A stretch of DNA of 64,000 bases from Malacoraja senta (taxonomy: Eukaryota): the NCBI GenBank assembly GCA_038087875.1, contig CM075999.1, positions 2,544,001 to 2,608,000 on the forward strand, given 5' to 3'. The notes below the pieces were generated by a model. The model saw nothing but the letters and a program-made list of their open reading frames with translations. It was not told where the DNA came from and searched no databases. Both the position numbers and the translations under genes were made by a program. This document shows positions 24,429 through 35,240 of this stretch, piece after piece; position 1 is the stretch's first letter; every line of letters begins with the position of its first letter.

Positions 24429-24810
24429 GAGTCAAACAGCACAGAAACAGGCCCTTCGGCCCATCTTGTCCATGCCGACCAACATGCCCCATGGAGTCAC
24501 AGCACAGAAACAGGCCCTTCGGCCCATCTTGTCCATGCCGACCAACATGCTCCATAGAGTCACAGCACAGAAACAGGCCCTTCGGCCCATCTTGTCCATG
24601 CCGACCAACATACCCCATAGCATCACACAGCACAGAAACAGGCCCTTCGGCCCAACTTTCCCATGCCGACCAACATACCCCATAGATTCACAGTACAGAA
24701 ACAGGCCCTTCGGCCCATCTTGTCCATGCCGACCAACATACTCCATAGAGTCACACAGCACAGAAACAGGCCCTTCAGCCCATCTTGTCCATGCCGACCA
24801 ACATGTCCCA
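24429..24810 (-). repeat. Six tandem ca. 63-bp copies of a CR1 3'-terminal segment, continuing into the CR1 body to ca. 24970
   Basis: Unit GAGTCACAGCACAGAAACAGGCCCTTCGGCCCATCTTGTCCATGCCGACCAACATRCYCCATA. Confidence 0.92.
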
Positions 24811-24966
24811 TCTGCACCAGTCCCACTGCCCGCGTTTGGACAATATCCCTACAAACCCGTCATGTCCATGTACCTGTCTCAATGTTTCTTAAACATTGCG
24901 ATAGTGCCTGATTCAGCTACCTCCTCCGGCAGCTCGTGCCATACATCCATTTTGTGTATAAAAAGG

Positions 24967-25305
24967 TGGTGGCAATGGTGGTGCAGCGGTAGAGTTGCTG
25001 CCTTAAAGCGTTTGCCAGAGACCCGCCAGGGGTTCGATCCCGATGACGGGTGCCGTCTGTACGGAATTTTGTACGTTCTCCACCGTGACCCGCGTGGGTT
25101 TCCTCCCACACTCCAAAGACGTGCGGGTTTGTAGGTTAATTGGCTCGGTATAAATGTAAATCGATCCAAGTGCGTGTCGGATAGTGTTAATGTGCAGGGG
25201 GAGAAAATAAAATAAATGGGGTTTTTTGTTTTGTTTTTAATCGCTGGTCGGCGCAGACTCGGTGGGCTGAAGGGCCTGTTTCCGCGCTGTATCTCAAAAC
25301 GAAAC
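24967..25305 (+). mobile_element. V-SINE
   Basis: Head, B box GGTTCGATCC, V-domain, tail. Confidence 0.87.
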
Positions 25306-26185
25306 AAAAGTGAACGCAACTAAATATTTGGAGCACGTATCCATAAATGACAATTAATGCTGGGTCAATTGTTAATTTTAAATCTGAGATTGAATTTTCC
25401 TCCACTAGTTTTGGAGATTACTGTATGTAGATCCCACATTTAAACAGATGGAGAAACATCAGCTGCAGGATAGATTACATGTGGCCTGTTGTTATGGCTG
25501 TGAACTATTTCATTATACGATGGATATCAGAATTGTTCTTTATCACTGCAACCAAGTAGCTATTATTCTCTTTTTTTTTCCTGAGTTGGTATTTTCATAC
25601 TGAATTAAGTATGAGCTAGTGAATCATTTGCATGCAAATTGGAGCTGTACGCCTTAGTAAATTATTGTTACTATTAGTTACAGCCCTATTTACATTCAGT
25701 CAATCATCAAGGTTTTCATATTTATGCCTTAGAATGAGTTATAAATTATTAAATGAGCATTATATTCCACACAAAAATCCAAACACAGAAAGGTCATTCG
25801 TGCCACCCAGGATAAGTCGGTCGTTCAGTTTGACCTTCAGAAACATAGCCGATCTCTTGTATTCCTCTCCACTCACTTTTTCTCCACCGCCATCTGCTCT
25901 GTCCTCTTATTAAGCTCGCTGTTGCCTCAAAAGCCCCCGACCTGACCCGCATTTCCCTTCCACCCACTGTGGGTTAGCCAGCTCGAGTCCAACAGGACTT
26001 GATCATTTTGTGTAAGAAAGAACTGCAGATGCTGGTAAAAATCAAAGATAGACACAAAATGCTGCAGTAACTCAGTGGGTGGGGCAACATCTCAATGGGA
26101 GATGTTTCGGGTCAAGGCCCTTCTTCAGACTGAGAGTCAGGGGAGAGGGAGACAGAGATATGGAAGAGCAAGGTGTGAAAACAAT

Positions 26186-26463
26186 ACACAATAGGTGCAG
26201 GAGCAGGCCATTTGGCCCTTCAAGCTAGCACCGCCATTCAATGTGATCATGGCTGATCATCCCCAATCAGTACCCCGTTCCTGCCTTCTCCCCATATCCC
26301 CTGACTCCGCTATTTTTAAGAGCCCTATCTAGCTCTCTCTTGAAAGCATCCAGAGAACCGGCCCCCACTGCCCTCGGAGGCAGAGAATTCCACAGACTCA
26401 CCACTCTCTGTGAGAAAAAGTGCTTCCTCATCTCTGTTCTAAATGGCTTACTCCGTATTCTTA
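26186..26463 (-). mobile_element. CR1 LINE 3' end
   Basis: RIRSKPFRTEMRKHFFSQRVVSLWNSLP...GYGEKAGTGY*. Confidence 0.9.
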
Positions 26464-26507
26464 ACACAATAAAACAAGACATCAAAAAGAGATGTAGGTC
26501 AAGGAAG

Positions 26508-26821
26508 TGCCTCTTGCCTCTTGCCTCTTGCCTCTTGCCTCTTGCCTCTTGCCTCTTGCCTCTTGCCTCTTGCCTCTTGCCTCTTGCCTCTTGCCTCTTG
26601 CCTCTTGCCTCTTGCCTCTTGCCTCTTGCCTCTTGCCTCTTGCCTCTTGCCTCTTGCCTCTTGCCTCTTGCCTCTTGCCTCTTGCCTCTTGCCTCTTGCC
26701 TCTTGCCTCTTGCCTCTTGCCTCTTGCCTCTTGCCTCTTGCCTCTTGCCTCTTGCCTCTTGCCTCTTGCCTCTTGCCTCTTGCCTCTTGCCTCTTGCCTC
26801 TTGCCTCTTGCCTCTTGCCTC
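26508..26821. repeat. Perfect heptamer tandem repeat (TGCCTCT)n, ca. 45 copies
   Basis: Directly visible, uninterrupted. Confidence 0.98.
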
Positions 26822-27796
26822 ACAAGAGCATCTAGAAACATCCCAACCACTTTCCCCTGTGGCTGGGCTCCTGGGTTTACAAGGACAAGCATCAGAATAA
26901 TTGGCACAATAATCATTAATCAAATCCAGCTGTGACTCATTTGCCTGTGGCCTGGATCGGAACAGACCTTGAAGGGGATGTGTTGTCACAAGGGGAACTC
27001 ATTAAGGCTAACGAGGCAACCAGTGCTTACTGAAAGGAGCAGTTCAAAGACCCCCTCAGCGAAAACGATGGCTGTGTTCTATGTATATTCTGCAGCAATG
27101 AATTTGCCACAATTTTGGAACCTGTACTATCATTTTCTAACAAAAGGTTGGAAAGTTGTTGAAAAATAACAAAGCCTCTGGAACGGATAAAATCCACAAA
27201 ATATGCTGCAGAGGGACTTATTTGCAAATTTATGGCCACATTTCCTCACCTTGGAAGAAGAGTGTCCCAATGAATCTGAATCGATATTAGAGAGTCACAT
27301 CATACAGGGTGGAAACAGGCCCTTCGGCCCAACTTGCCCATGGTGACCAACATGCCCCGTCTACACTAGTCCCACCTGCCTGTTTCTGATCTTCTTCACT
27401 ACCCACTCAAAAGACAATGTTCCTATACCAACCTGCCCCTTTGCACAATACTATCTCCCAACCACAACGCTCTCGTCAAAGTAGATCACTCGCCATGACT
27501 CAAGAACCAAGAAGGGTCTCGACCCGAAACGTCACCTATTCCTTCGCTCCATAGATGCTGCCTCCCCCGCTGAGTTTCTCCAGCATTTTTGTCTACCTTC
27601 TCACTGAGGTTAGTTATGTTTAGCTTAGTTTAAGTTTAATGTTTTTTGTGTCATCATTCTTAATTGTTACTGTATGTCGTGTTTTTACTTGCGAGCGGAG
27701 CACCAAGGCAAATTCCTTGTATGTGTACATACTTGGGCAATAAACTTATTAATTCATTTGTTTAGTTTAGAGATACAGCGTGGCACTTGGCCCTTA

Positions 27797-28960
27797 AGGA
27801 CCTGTCCTACTTGGCCGTCATTTACGCGACCGGCCGGAAGTGACTGAGGCGCGACGGCCGCGCGCTTCATCACCCGTCATCATGCGCCTTCAAATATTTT
27901 ATCTGCTCTGCGAGTAGAATTAGTCAGCGTAGTGACATCATTTGTTAAGTGAAACTTTGATAAAATTATTCTTTGCTGGAAAAATTCATTTACTTTTAAA
28001 CTTTCTGAAATACTCCCAACAAACACAAAATTGTATTCCATTATAGCAGTTTGAGGGTTTGAACCCAGCTTAAGAATTAGTTTGCACATTTTTTTTTAAA
28101 TGGTGTTAGTAAAATTGTTGGTGGTTATTTAAAAAAACACTAATTTGGTTACTAGTGTTCTTTTAGGATATAAAATCTGCAATCCTTACGTGGATGTTAA
28201 CTTTTGAAACATCCTTAACTAATAGCCCTGTCCCACGGTACGAGTTCATTCCAAGAGCTCTCCCGAGTTTAAAAAAAAATCAAACTCGTGGTAAGCACGG
28301 GGAATGAACGTAGTGGGTACGTCGGAGCTCGAGGACGTCTCTTAGCGCTAACGGCAGGTACTTGGGAAGACTCGCTAACGGCAGGTACTCGGGAAGACTC
28401 GCTAACGGCATGTAAGCACGGGAAGACTCGTGAAGATTTTTCAACATGTTGAAAAATGTCCACGAGAGCCCCGAGTACCGGCGAGCGGCCATTACCGTAA
28501 ATCTCCGAGTTCGAATCAGGGCAAACTCGGGAGAGCTCTTGGAATGAACTCGTACCGTGGGACAGGGGTTGAAGGATGTTTCAAAAATACTTATTAAGGT
28601 GTTACTCTGAAGGCATTACTCTGGAAGCATTTTCTCATTGTGGCCGACTGCGTATGGGCGGCGGCGCAAGGTTACGCACGGTGACGTAATCATGCGTCAC
28701 CACGCACTACAAGTACGAAGTCAGGATGCCAGCGTGCGACCGCAGTACGTCCGCGTGCGTAAGCGACACGCCACGCCGGTGGCGCGCGAAGATTTCGTGC
28801 AGCACGAAATCCTGGAGCGCCGCGCGATACCACGCACAACTCCATACTCCACGCCTCTCCATGCGCCCGTCCCCTGCTACCCACACGCTACCCTTGCGTC
28901 ACAACGCGACGACCAAATGTTTGGAGGTCGAGTAAATGACGGCCAAGTGGGACAGGCCCT
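27797..28960. mobile_element. PIF/Harbinger-type non-autonomous element, TTA TSD, with AT-rich insert and nested MITE
   Basis: AGGACCTGTCCTACTTGGCCGTCATTTAC / GTAAATGACGGCCAAGTGGGACAGGCCCT; TTA at 27794-27796 and 28961-28963; interrupts a V-SINE tail. Confidence 0.85.
28224..28569. mobile_element. Nested Harbinger-like MITE with 45-bp perfect TIRs and 27-bp internal repeats
   Basis: 28226-28270 is the exact reverse complement of 28523-28567; CGCTAACGGCAGGTACTCGGGAAGACT-like unit x3. Confidence 0.88.
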
Positions 28961-29461
28961 TTAGGCTCACCGAACTCAAGCCGACCATTCACACTAGATC
29001 TATGTTATCCCATTTTTGCATTCACTCCCTGAACACCAGAGGCTAATTAACCACATATCTTGGGATGTGGGAGGAAACCGGAGTACCCGGATAAAACGGG
29101 TAAAATAAGAAAAAATTCCAACCGAGGTCAGGATGTACAAGTTGCTCCACTGTGCTGCCCTTAATGACATATGAATGACAACAAATCTCCAATGATCCCT
29201 GTGCCTCAGTATAGCCCTTGCCCACCTTAGTAAAGGGCTACTTAGGAAATGTCACAAGTCTGGCCTCGAATCCATGATGTGCAGCGCATCAAAGTTCCCC
29301 GTTTTTGGAGACATGGACAGCCTGGAACAGGCACGTCTGACCTCACAGAACGCCCACAATGCCCACAATGCTATCTTCAAGTATTGTCATAATCCTCTGG
29401 CAGGATATGTGACCCAACCTGGCATCTCCAGCACTAAGGCTCTGACCTCATGCCACCGGTT

Positions 29462-30020
29462 GTAGGGATGTAATGCAGAGGATCTATAAGGCACTGGTCA
29501 AGACCACATTTGAAGTATTGTGAGCAGTTTTGGGCCCCATATCTGAGGAAGCATGTGCTGGCGTTGGAGCGGGTCCAGAGAAGATTTACAAGGATGATCC
29601 CAGGAACGAGTGCGTTAACATATGATGAGCATTTGACGGCTCGCCGGAGTTTAGAAGGATGAGTGGGGACCTCATTGAAACTTACTGGATAGTAAAAGGC
29701 CTGGATAGAGTGGATGTGGAGAGGATGTTTCCACTAGAGGGAGAGTCTCGGAGCAGTGGCCTAGAACCAAGGATGTATCCTTTAGAAAGGAGATGAGGAG
29801 GAATTTCTTTAGTCAGATTGTGGTGAATATGTGGAATTCTTTGCTCCGGAAGGCTGTGGAGGCTATCAATGGATATTTTAAGGCAGAGATAGATAGATTC
29901 TTGATTAGTACGGACGTCAGGGGTTCTGGGGAGAAGGCAGAAGAATGGGTTTGAGAGGGATAGATAGATCAGCCGTGATTGAATGGTGGAGTAGACTCGA
30001 TGTGGCGAATGAATTTATGA
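29462..30020 (+). mobile_element. Older, degenerate CR1 LINE 3' end
   Basis: YKALVKTTFEVL/FWAPYLRK.VLALERVQRRFTRMIPG-type motifs with frameshifts; DRVDVERMFP. Confidence 0.85.
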
Positions 30021-30029
30021 ACAGTGAAG

Positions 30030-30405
30030 TTAGACACAAAATGCTGGAGTAACTCAGCGGGACAGGCAGCATCTCTGGAGAGAAGGAATGGGTGATGTTT
30101 CGGGTCGAGACCCTTCTTCAGACTGAGAGTCAGGGGAGAGGGAGACACAGAAACATGGAAAGGCAAGGTGTGAAAATGAGAGATCAAAGGGGGCAAAGCT
30201 GAAGGAAAATGAAGAATGGCATTGTTAGCTCGGGGAAGGTGACAACGAGGCGTACAAAGATAAAATGTAATCAGGAGGACAGTCAGACTGGTCGAAGAAC
30301 TGGGAAGGGGGAGGGATGGAGAGAGAGGGAAAGCAAGGGTTACTTGAAGTTAGAGAAGTCAATGTTCATACCGCTGGGGTGTAAGCTGCCCAAGCGAAAT
30401 ATGAC
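30030..30405 (-). mobile_element. Penelope-like 3' end with hammerhead motif
   Basis: Reverse complement: IFRLGSLHPSGMNIDFSNFK*, UTR, CTGAAGAAGGGTCTCGACCCGAAACATC, tail. Confidence 0.85.
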
Positions 30406-30440
30406 GTTCATCTAATTTGCCCAAGGCCCAACACAACATG

Positions 30441-31086
30441 GGGCGGCATGGTGGCGCAGTGGTGAAGTTGCTGCCTTACAGTGTTTACACCACTAGAGAC
30501 CAGGGGTTCAATCCCGACTACAGGTGCTGTTTGTACAGAGTTTGCACGTTCTCGCCGTGACCGCGTGGGTTTTCTCCGAGATCTTCTGTTTCTTGGGGAA
30601 GTCCAGAACAAGGGGTCACAGTTTAAGGATAAGGGGGAAGTCTTTTAGGACCGAGGTGAGAAAAAAAATTTTCACGCAGAGAGTGGTGAATCTGTGGAAT
30701 TCTCTGCCACAGAAAGTAGTTGAGGCCAGTTCATTGGCTATATTTAAGAGGGAGTTAGATGTGGCCCTTGTGGCTAATGGGATCAAGGGGTATGGAGAGA
30801 AGGCAGGTACAGGATACTGAGTTGGAGGATCAGCCATGATCATATTGAATGGCGGTGCAGGCTCGAAGGGCCGAATGGCCTACTCCTGCACCTATTTTCT
30901 ATCTTTCTATGTTTCCCTCTCTTCAAAAACATACAGGTCTGTAGGTTAATTGGCTTGGTGTATATAAATGTAAAAGTGGCCCTAGTGTGTGTGGGATAAT
31001 GTTAATGTGTGGGGATCGCTGGTCAGCACGGACTCGGTGGGCCGAAGGGCCCGTTTCTGCGCTGTATCTCTGAACTAAACTAAAAC
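30441..31086 (+). mobile_element. V-SINE with nested CR1 3' end (ca. 30594-30912)
   Basis: SINE split at the V-domain TTTC|CCT; CR1 ends TTTTCTATCTTTCTATG. Confidence 0.87.
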
Positions 31087-31609
31087 TTGACCTTTTATTG
31101 CGAGTTTAGAATTGCACTCTGGGCAGACGGAGAGACAGGATGTTTTCCCTCGTTAGTTCAGTTTCACGCGAGCTCGCACACTGACTGACTCCAGCACTCG
31201 CACTAACATCATTCCAGCTCTCCCAGGGACCGAATCGCTCCTGCTGTTTTTGTCAGTATTTTACAGTAAATACAATAGAAATCCTCCAAGGAATTTCATA
31301 TTCAGCTCTTAATTGGGTAATGAAGCTTTAATGAAGTACACTTTAACGATTCTGCCCTCTATTGCAAGCCTGCAGCTGTCAACAGCAAAACACTCGGCCT
31401 GATGTGTTTAATGAAAACCCAGCTGATTGTGATGAGTTGTTGTGTTGCTTTCGTCTAAGCGATGGAATGTGGGCTGATCTTTGTCCCATCACAGATTTCT
31501 GCTTCATTAGTTTAGTTTAGTTTTGTTCAGTTTAGTGTAGTGATACAGTGTGAAAACAGGCCCTTCGTCCCACCGAGTCCATGCCGACCAACGATCACCC
31601 CTACAGTAA

Positions 31610-32206
31610 TCGAAGGTAGACAAAAATGCTGGAGAAACTTAGCGGGTGAGGCAGCATCTATGGAGCGAAGGAATAGGCGAAATTTCCGGTCGAGACCCTT
31701 CTTCAGACTGATGTGGAGGTTGGGAGGGGGGGGGTGCGGGAAGAAGAAAGGAAGAGGTGGAGGCAGTGGGCTGTGGGAGACTGGGAAGGGGAGGGGAAGG
31801 AGGGAGAAAGCAGGGACTACCTGAAGTTGGAGAAGTCAATGTTCATACCGCTGGGGTGTAAACTACCCAAGCGAAATATGAGGTGCTGCTCCACCAATTT
31901 GCGGTGGGACTCACTCTGGCCATGGAGGAGGCCCAGGACAGAAAGGTCAGATTCGGAATGGGAGGGGGAGTTGAAGTGCTGAATCACTGGGCGATCAGGT
32001 TGGTTATTGCGAACCGAGCGGAGGTGTTGGGCGAAGCGATCGCCAAGCCTGCGCTTGGTCTCACCGATGTAGAGCAGCTGACACCTGGAGCAGCGGATGC
32101 AATAGATGAGGTTGAAGGAGGTGCAGGTGAACCTCTGCCTCACCTGGAAAGACCGCTTGGGTCCTTGGATGGAGTCAAAGGGGGAGATAAAGCGACAAGT
32201 GTAGCA
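31610..32206 (-). mobile_element. Penelope-like element 3' fragment encoding a CxxC linker and GIY-YIG endonuclease (ORF part 31817-32206)
   Basis: CYTCRFISPFDSIQGPKRSFQVRQRFTCTSFNLIYCIRCSRCQLLYIGETKRRLGDRFAQH...HFNSPSH..DL.VLGL...E..LIFRLGSLHPSGMN; followed by hammerhead-like motif and tail. Confidence 0.92.
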
Positions 32207-32328
32207 TTACACAGGTCTACCCTCACAGTAGTTCTATCCAACAAAGTTGGGACAATAGTCAGAGAGTTGTACAGCATGAAAACAGGCCCACCATGCCAGT
32301 GGCATCTTCTGCCAATTGGGATCCTGGG

Positions 32329-32796
32329 TAGGGTCGGCAACTTTCTCACTCCCAAATAAGGGACAAACAGTCAAAATACGGGACAAATTCCTGACGACAA
32401 TTCGTTGACCGACTCGGCCATGGCTGGGTGAATGATGAGTTGGTCCGGGTGCTGGACTGCACACAAAGCCCAGCCGGCGGGCCAGCTGAAGAGTTTTGGT
32501 CACCCCATCCAAAGTCCGGCGCCCCATCCAAATCATGAACCGATGACCGGCCGTGAGAAGGGGTGGTGGTGGTGTCGGCGGTAAGTGAAGGTCCGAAGGT
32601 CGGACAGCTGGCCGGGATGCCGACCGACCGACAGGGCCACGGGCGAGGCCCTGCTGCTGCACTCCATGGGCTGCACTACGTCGGGACGGGTAAGGACGGG
32701 TAAGACGGGTAAGGCGATCCGACCCGACAGTCCCCGCGACCCGAGGAGTAGCAGTCAAATACGGGACAAACCAATTTAGCCCAGTTGGCAACCCTA
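32329..32796. mobile_element. Second copy of the hAT MITE (inverted relative to 13026-13683)
   Basis: TAGGGTCGGCAAC...GTTGGCAACCCTA; internal sequence aligns to copy 1; TSD degraded (ATCCTGGG / GACCTGGT). Confidence 0.85.
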
Positions 32797-33734
32797 GACC
32801 TGGTTCATGTGAAGATGAGCCAGCTATCTCCACAGCGAACCCACTAACAAAACCCCTCCCCATCTGCAAATTGTTATAATCATTTATAACTCTGCAGCAT
32901 TTTAACCTAATGATTTTTGCCTGTGGTGGAGGGAGAGAATGATTAGTCTGGTGAACTGACTGTGAGTCTTCAATGGATGTAAGATGCTTCAGTACATTGT
33001 GAGAATATGAATCGTGATTTTTTTAAAATAAAATCTAATACAATGCCCTTTACAACATATTTACAGCATAACTCTCTATCATTTTAGCCTAAAGCAAAAA
33101 ATAAGGCAGCACAGTGTTAGAGTTGCTGCCTCACAGCGCCAGAGACCCAGGTTCAATCCTGATTATGGGTGCTGTCTCTATGGAGTTTTTACGTTCTCCT
33201 CGTGACCACGTGGGTTTTCTCCTGGTTCTCAGGTTTCCTCCCATGTCCCAAAGACGTGCAGGTTTGTAGGTTATTTGGCTTCTGTGAAGCCACAGAGTCT
33301 CTTGCCCAGAGTAGGGGAATCGAGAACCAGAGGACATAGGTTTATGGTGAGGGTGGGACGATATTAGCAACCTGAGAGGTAACTTCTCACAAAGGGTGGT
33401 GGGTGGATGGAAAGAGCTGCCGGAGGAGGTCGTTGAGACAGGAACTATCGCAACGTTTAAGAATCATTTAGCCAGGTACATGATTAGGACAGGTTTGGAG
33501 GGAAATGGGCCAAACGCAGGCAGGTGGGACTAGTGTAGATGGAACATGTTGGCCGTTGTGGGCAAGCTGGGCTGTTTCCACGCTGTAAGATTCTATGATT
33601 CTAGGACTATAAAATATCCCTAGTGGGCAGGATAGTGTTAGTGTCCGAGGATCGCTGGTCGGCACGGACTCAGTGGGCCGAAGGACCTCTTTCCCCACAC
33701 TGTGACTCTAAAGTCTAAAGTCAACTATCCAGCC

Positions 33735-33801
33735 GGCCCCATAGCAGATGTGTCCACGTGGCGGGGCTGGAAACTGGAAGTATCCTGAGCTAATCTTGCT
33801 A
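33735..33801 (+). ncRNA. HDV/CPEB3-like ribozyme motif, degenerate copy
   Basis: GGCCCC A TAGCAGAT GTG TCCACGT GGC GGGGCT GG AAA CTGGA AGTA TCCTG A GCTAA TCTTGCTA; P1, P1.1, L3 and J4/2 intact, P3 and P2 damaged. Confidence 0.7.
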
Positions 33802-33822
33802 CCACCATCATCTACTGTGACA

Positions 33823-34189
33823 TATATTTGAAACATATAAGATTGTTAAGGGCTTGGACACGCTAGAGGCAGGAAACATGTTGGGGGAGTCCAGAACCAG
33901 GGGCCACAGTTTAAGAATAAGGAGTAGGCCATTTAGAACGGAGATGAGGAAACACTTTTTCTCACAGAGAGTGGTGAGTCTGTGGAATTCTCTTCCTCAG
34001 AGGGCGGTGGAGGCAGGTTCTCTGGATGCTTTCAAGAGAGAGAGCTAGATAGGGCTCTTAAAAATACCGGAGTCAGGGGATATGGGGAGAAGGCAGGAAC
34101 GGGGTACTGATTGGGGATGATCAGCCATGATCACATTGAATGGCGGTGCTGGCTCGAAGGGCCAAATGGCCTACTCCTATTGTCTATTG
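33823..34189 (+). mobile_element. CR1 3' end inserted into the ribozyme-bearing repeat
   Basis: Comparison with the uninterrupted copy at 57568-57620 shows insertion at ..CTGYGACA|AGTGATGG with GACA duplicated. Confidence 0.9.
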
Positions 34190-34769
34190 ACAAGTGATGG
34201 CTTCCACTGATTGTCGCCGGAAGCTCGCGTCCTTTTCAGGACAGACGATGACAGCGAGGTCAACATTTGGACACGAAAGAAGAAGACCTACCCAGCCTGG
34301 CCCACCGAGTTACTCCAGCAGTTTGTGTCTATCTTCAGGGTAAACCAGCATCTGCAGTTCCTTCCTAAATATATGTCCAGTCCTGTATCACCGCGTTAGT
34401 GAAATAACATTCTGTTGGGGACTTCGTTCAACTGATAACTGGCTCACAATATCCGCTCATGAAACTGAAGGGGATGAGACTGACGCGCTTGTAGCGTCAC
34501 TTCCGCACTTGGTCTGCTCCACTCCGCCTTATTTGCAACTCTGGCCTTTTGCCAAACTGGAGACCAGTGACCAGTCCACAGAGAGCAATGAAAAATAAAA
34601 TCAATGCACCATTGTGGTCCTATTTTAATTAATCCTTTAATTTGCTTAATGGAAGCTGAGGTCATAGTTCAATGCTTTGTTATTGTTCAGCGGCTCTTTA
34701 TTATCACGTCCGCACTGCGCAGCGGGAATTCTTTTCTGCACAGCTCACACGTGCACGGGTGGCAGGTTC

Positions 34770-35240
34770 ACAAGTTATTGGAGTAGAATCAGGCCATTCG
34801 GCCCATCGACTCCACTCCGCCATTCAATCATGGCTGATCTCTGCCTCCTAATCCCATTTCCTGCCTTCTCCCCATAACCCTTGACACCTGATCTAGTCAA
34901 GAATTTGGCTATCTCTGCCATTTAAAATTATTCACTGACTTGGCCTCCACAGCCCTCTGTGGCAATGAGTTCCACAGATTAACCAGCCTCTGACTAAAGA
35001 AGTTCCTCCTCATCTCCTTTCCAAAAGAGCGAGCTTTACGTCTGAGGCTGTGCCCTCTGGTCCTAGACTCTCCCACCAGTGGAAACATCCTCTCCACATC
35101 CACTCTATCCAGGCCTTTCATTATTCTGTAAGTTTGAATGAGGTCCCCCCTCAACCTTCTAAACTCCAGTGAGTACAGACCCTGTGCTGTCAAACGCTCA
35201 TCATATGTTAACCCACTCATTTCTGGACCCTCTCCAGAGC
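34770..35240 (-). mobile_element. CR1 LINE 3' end
   Basis: MSGLTYDERLTAQGLYSLEFRRLRGDLIQTYRIMKGLDRVDVERMFP. Confidence 0.9.

Noticed and set aside
24429..24810. CRISPR-like array
   Set aside because: Units are contiguous with no unique spacers, derive from a CR1 tail, and no cas genes are present in this eukaryotic DNA.
26267..26989. 240-aa ORF with (EARGKRQ)n and its (LLPLASC)n antisense ORFs
   Set aside because: Translation of the stop-free heptamer repeat fused to a CR1 fragment; not a gene.
31817..32143. Homing endonuclease or UvrC-like host gene
   Set aside because: GIY-YIG motif is followed by the multicopy Penelope UTR/tail and recurs in several decayed copies.
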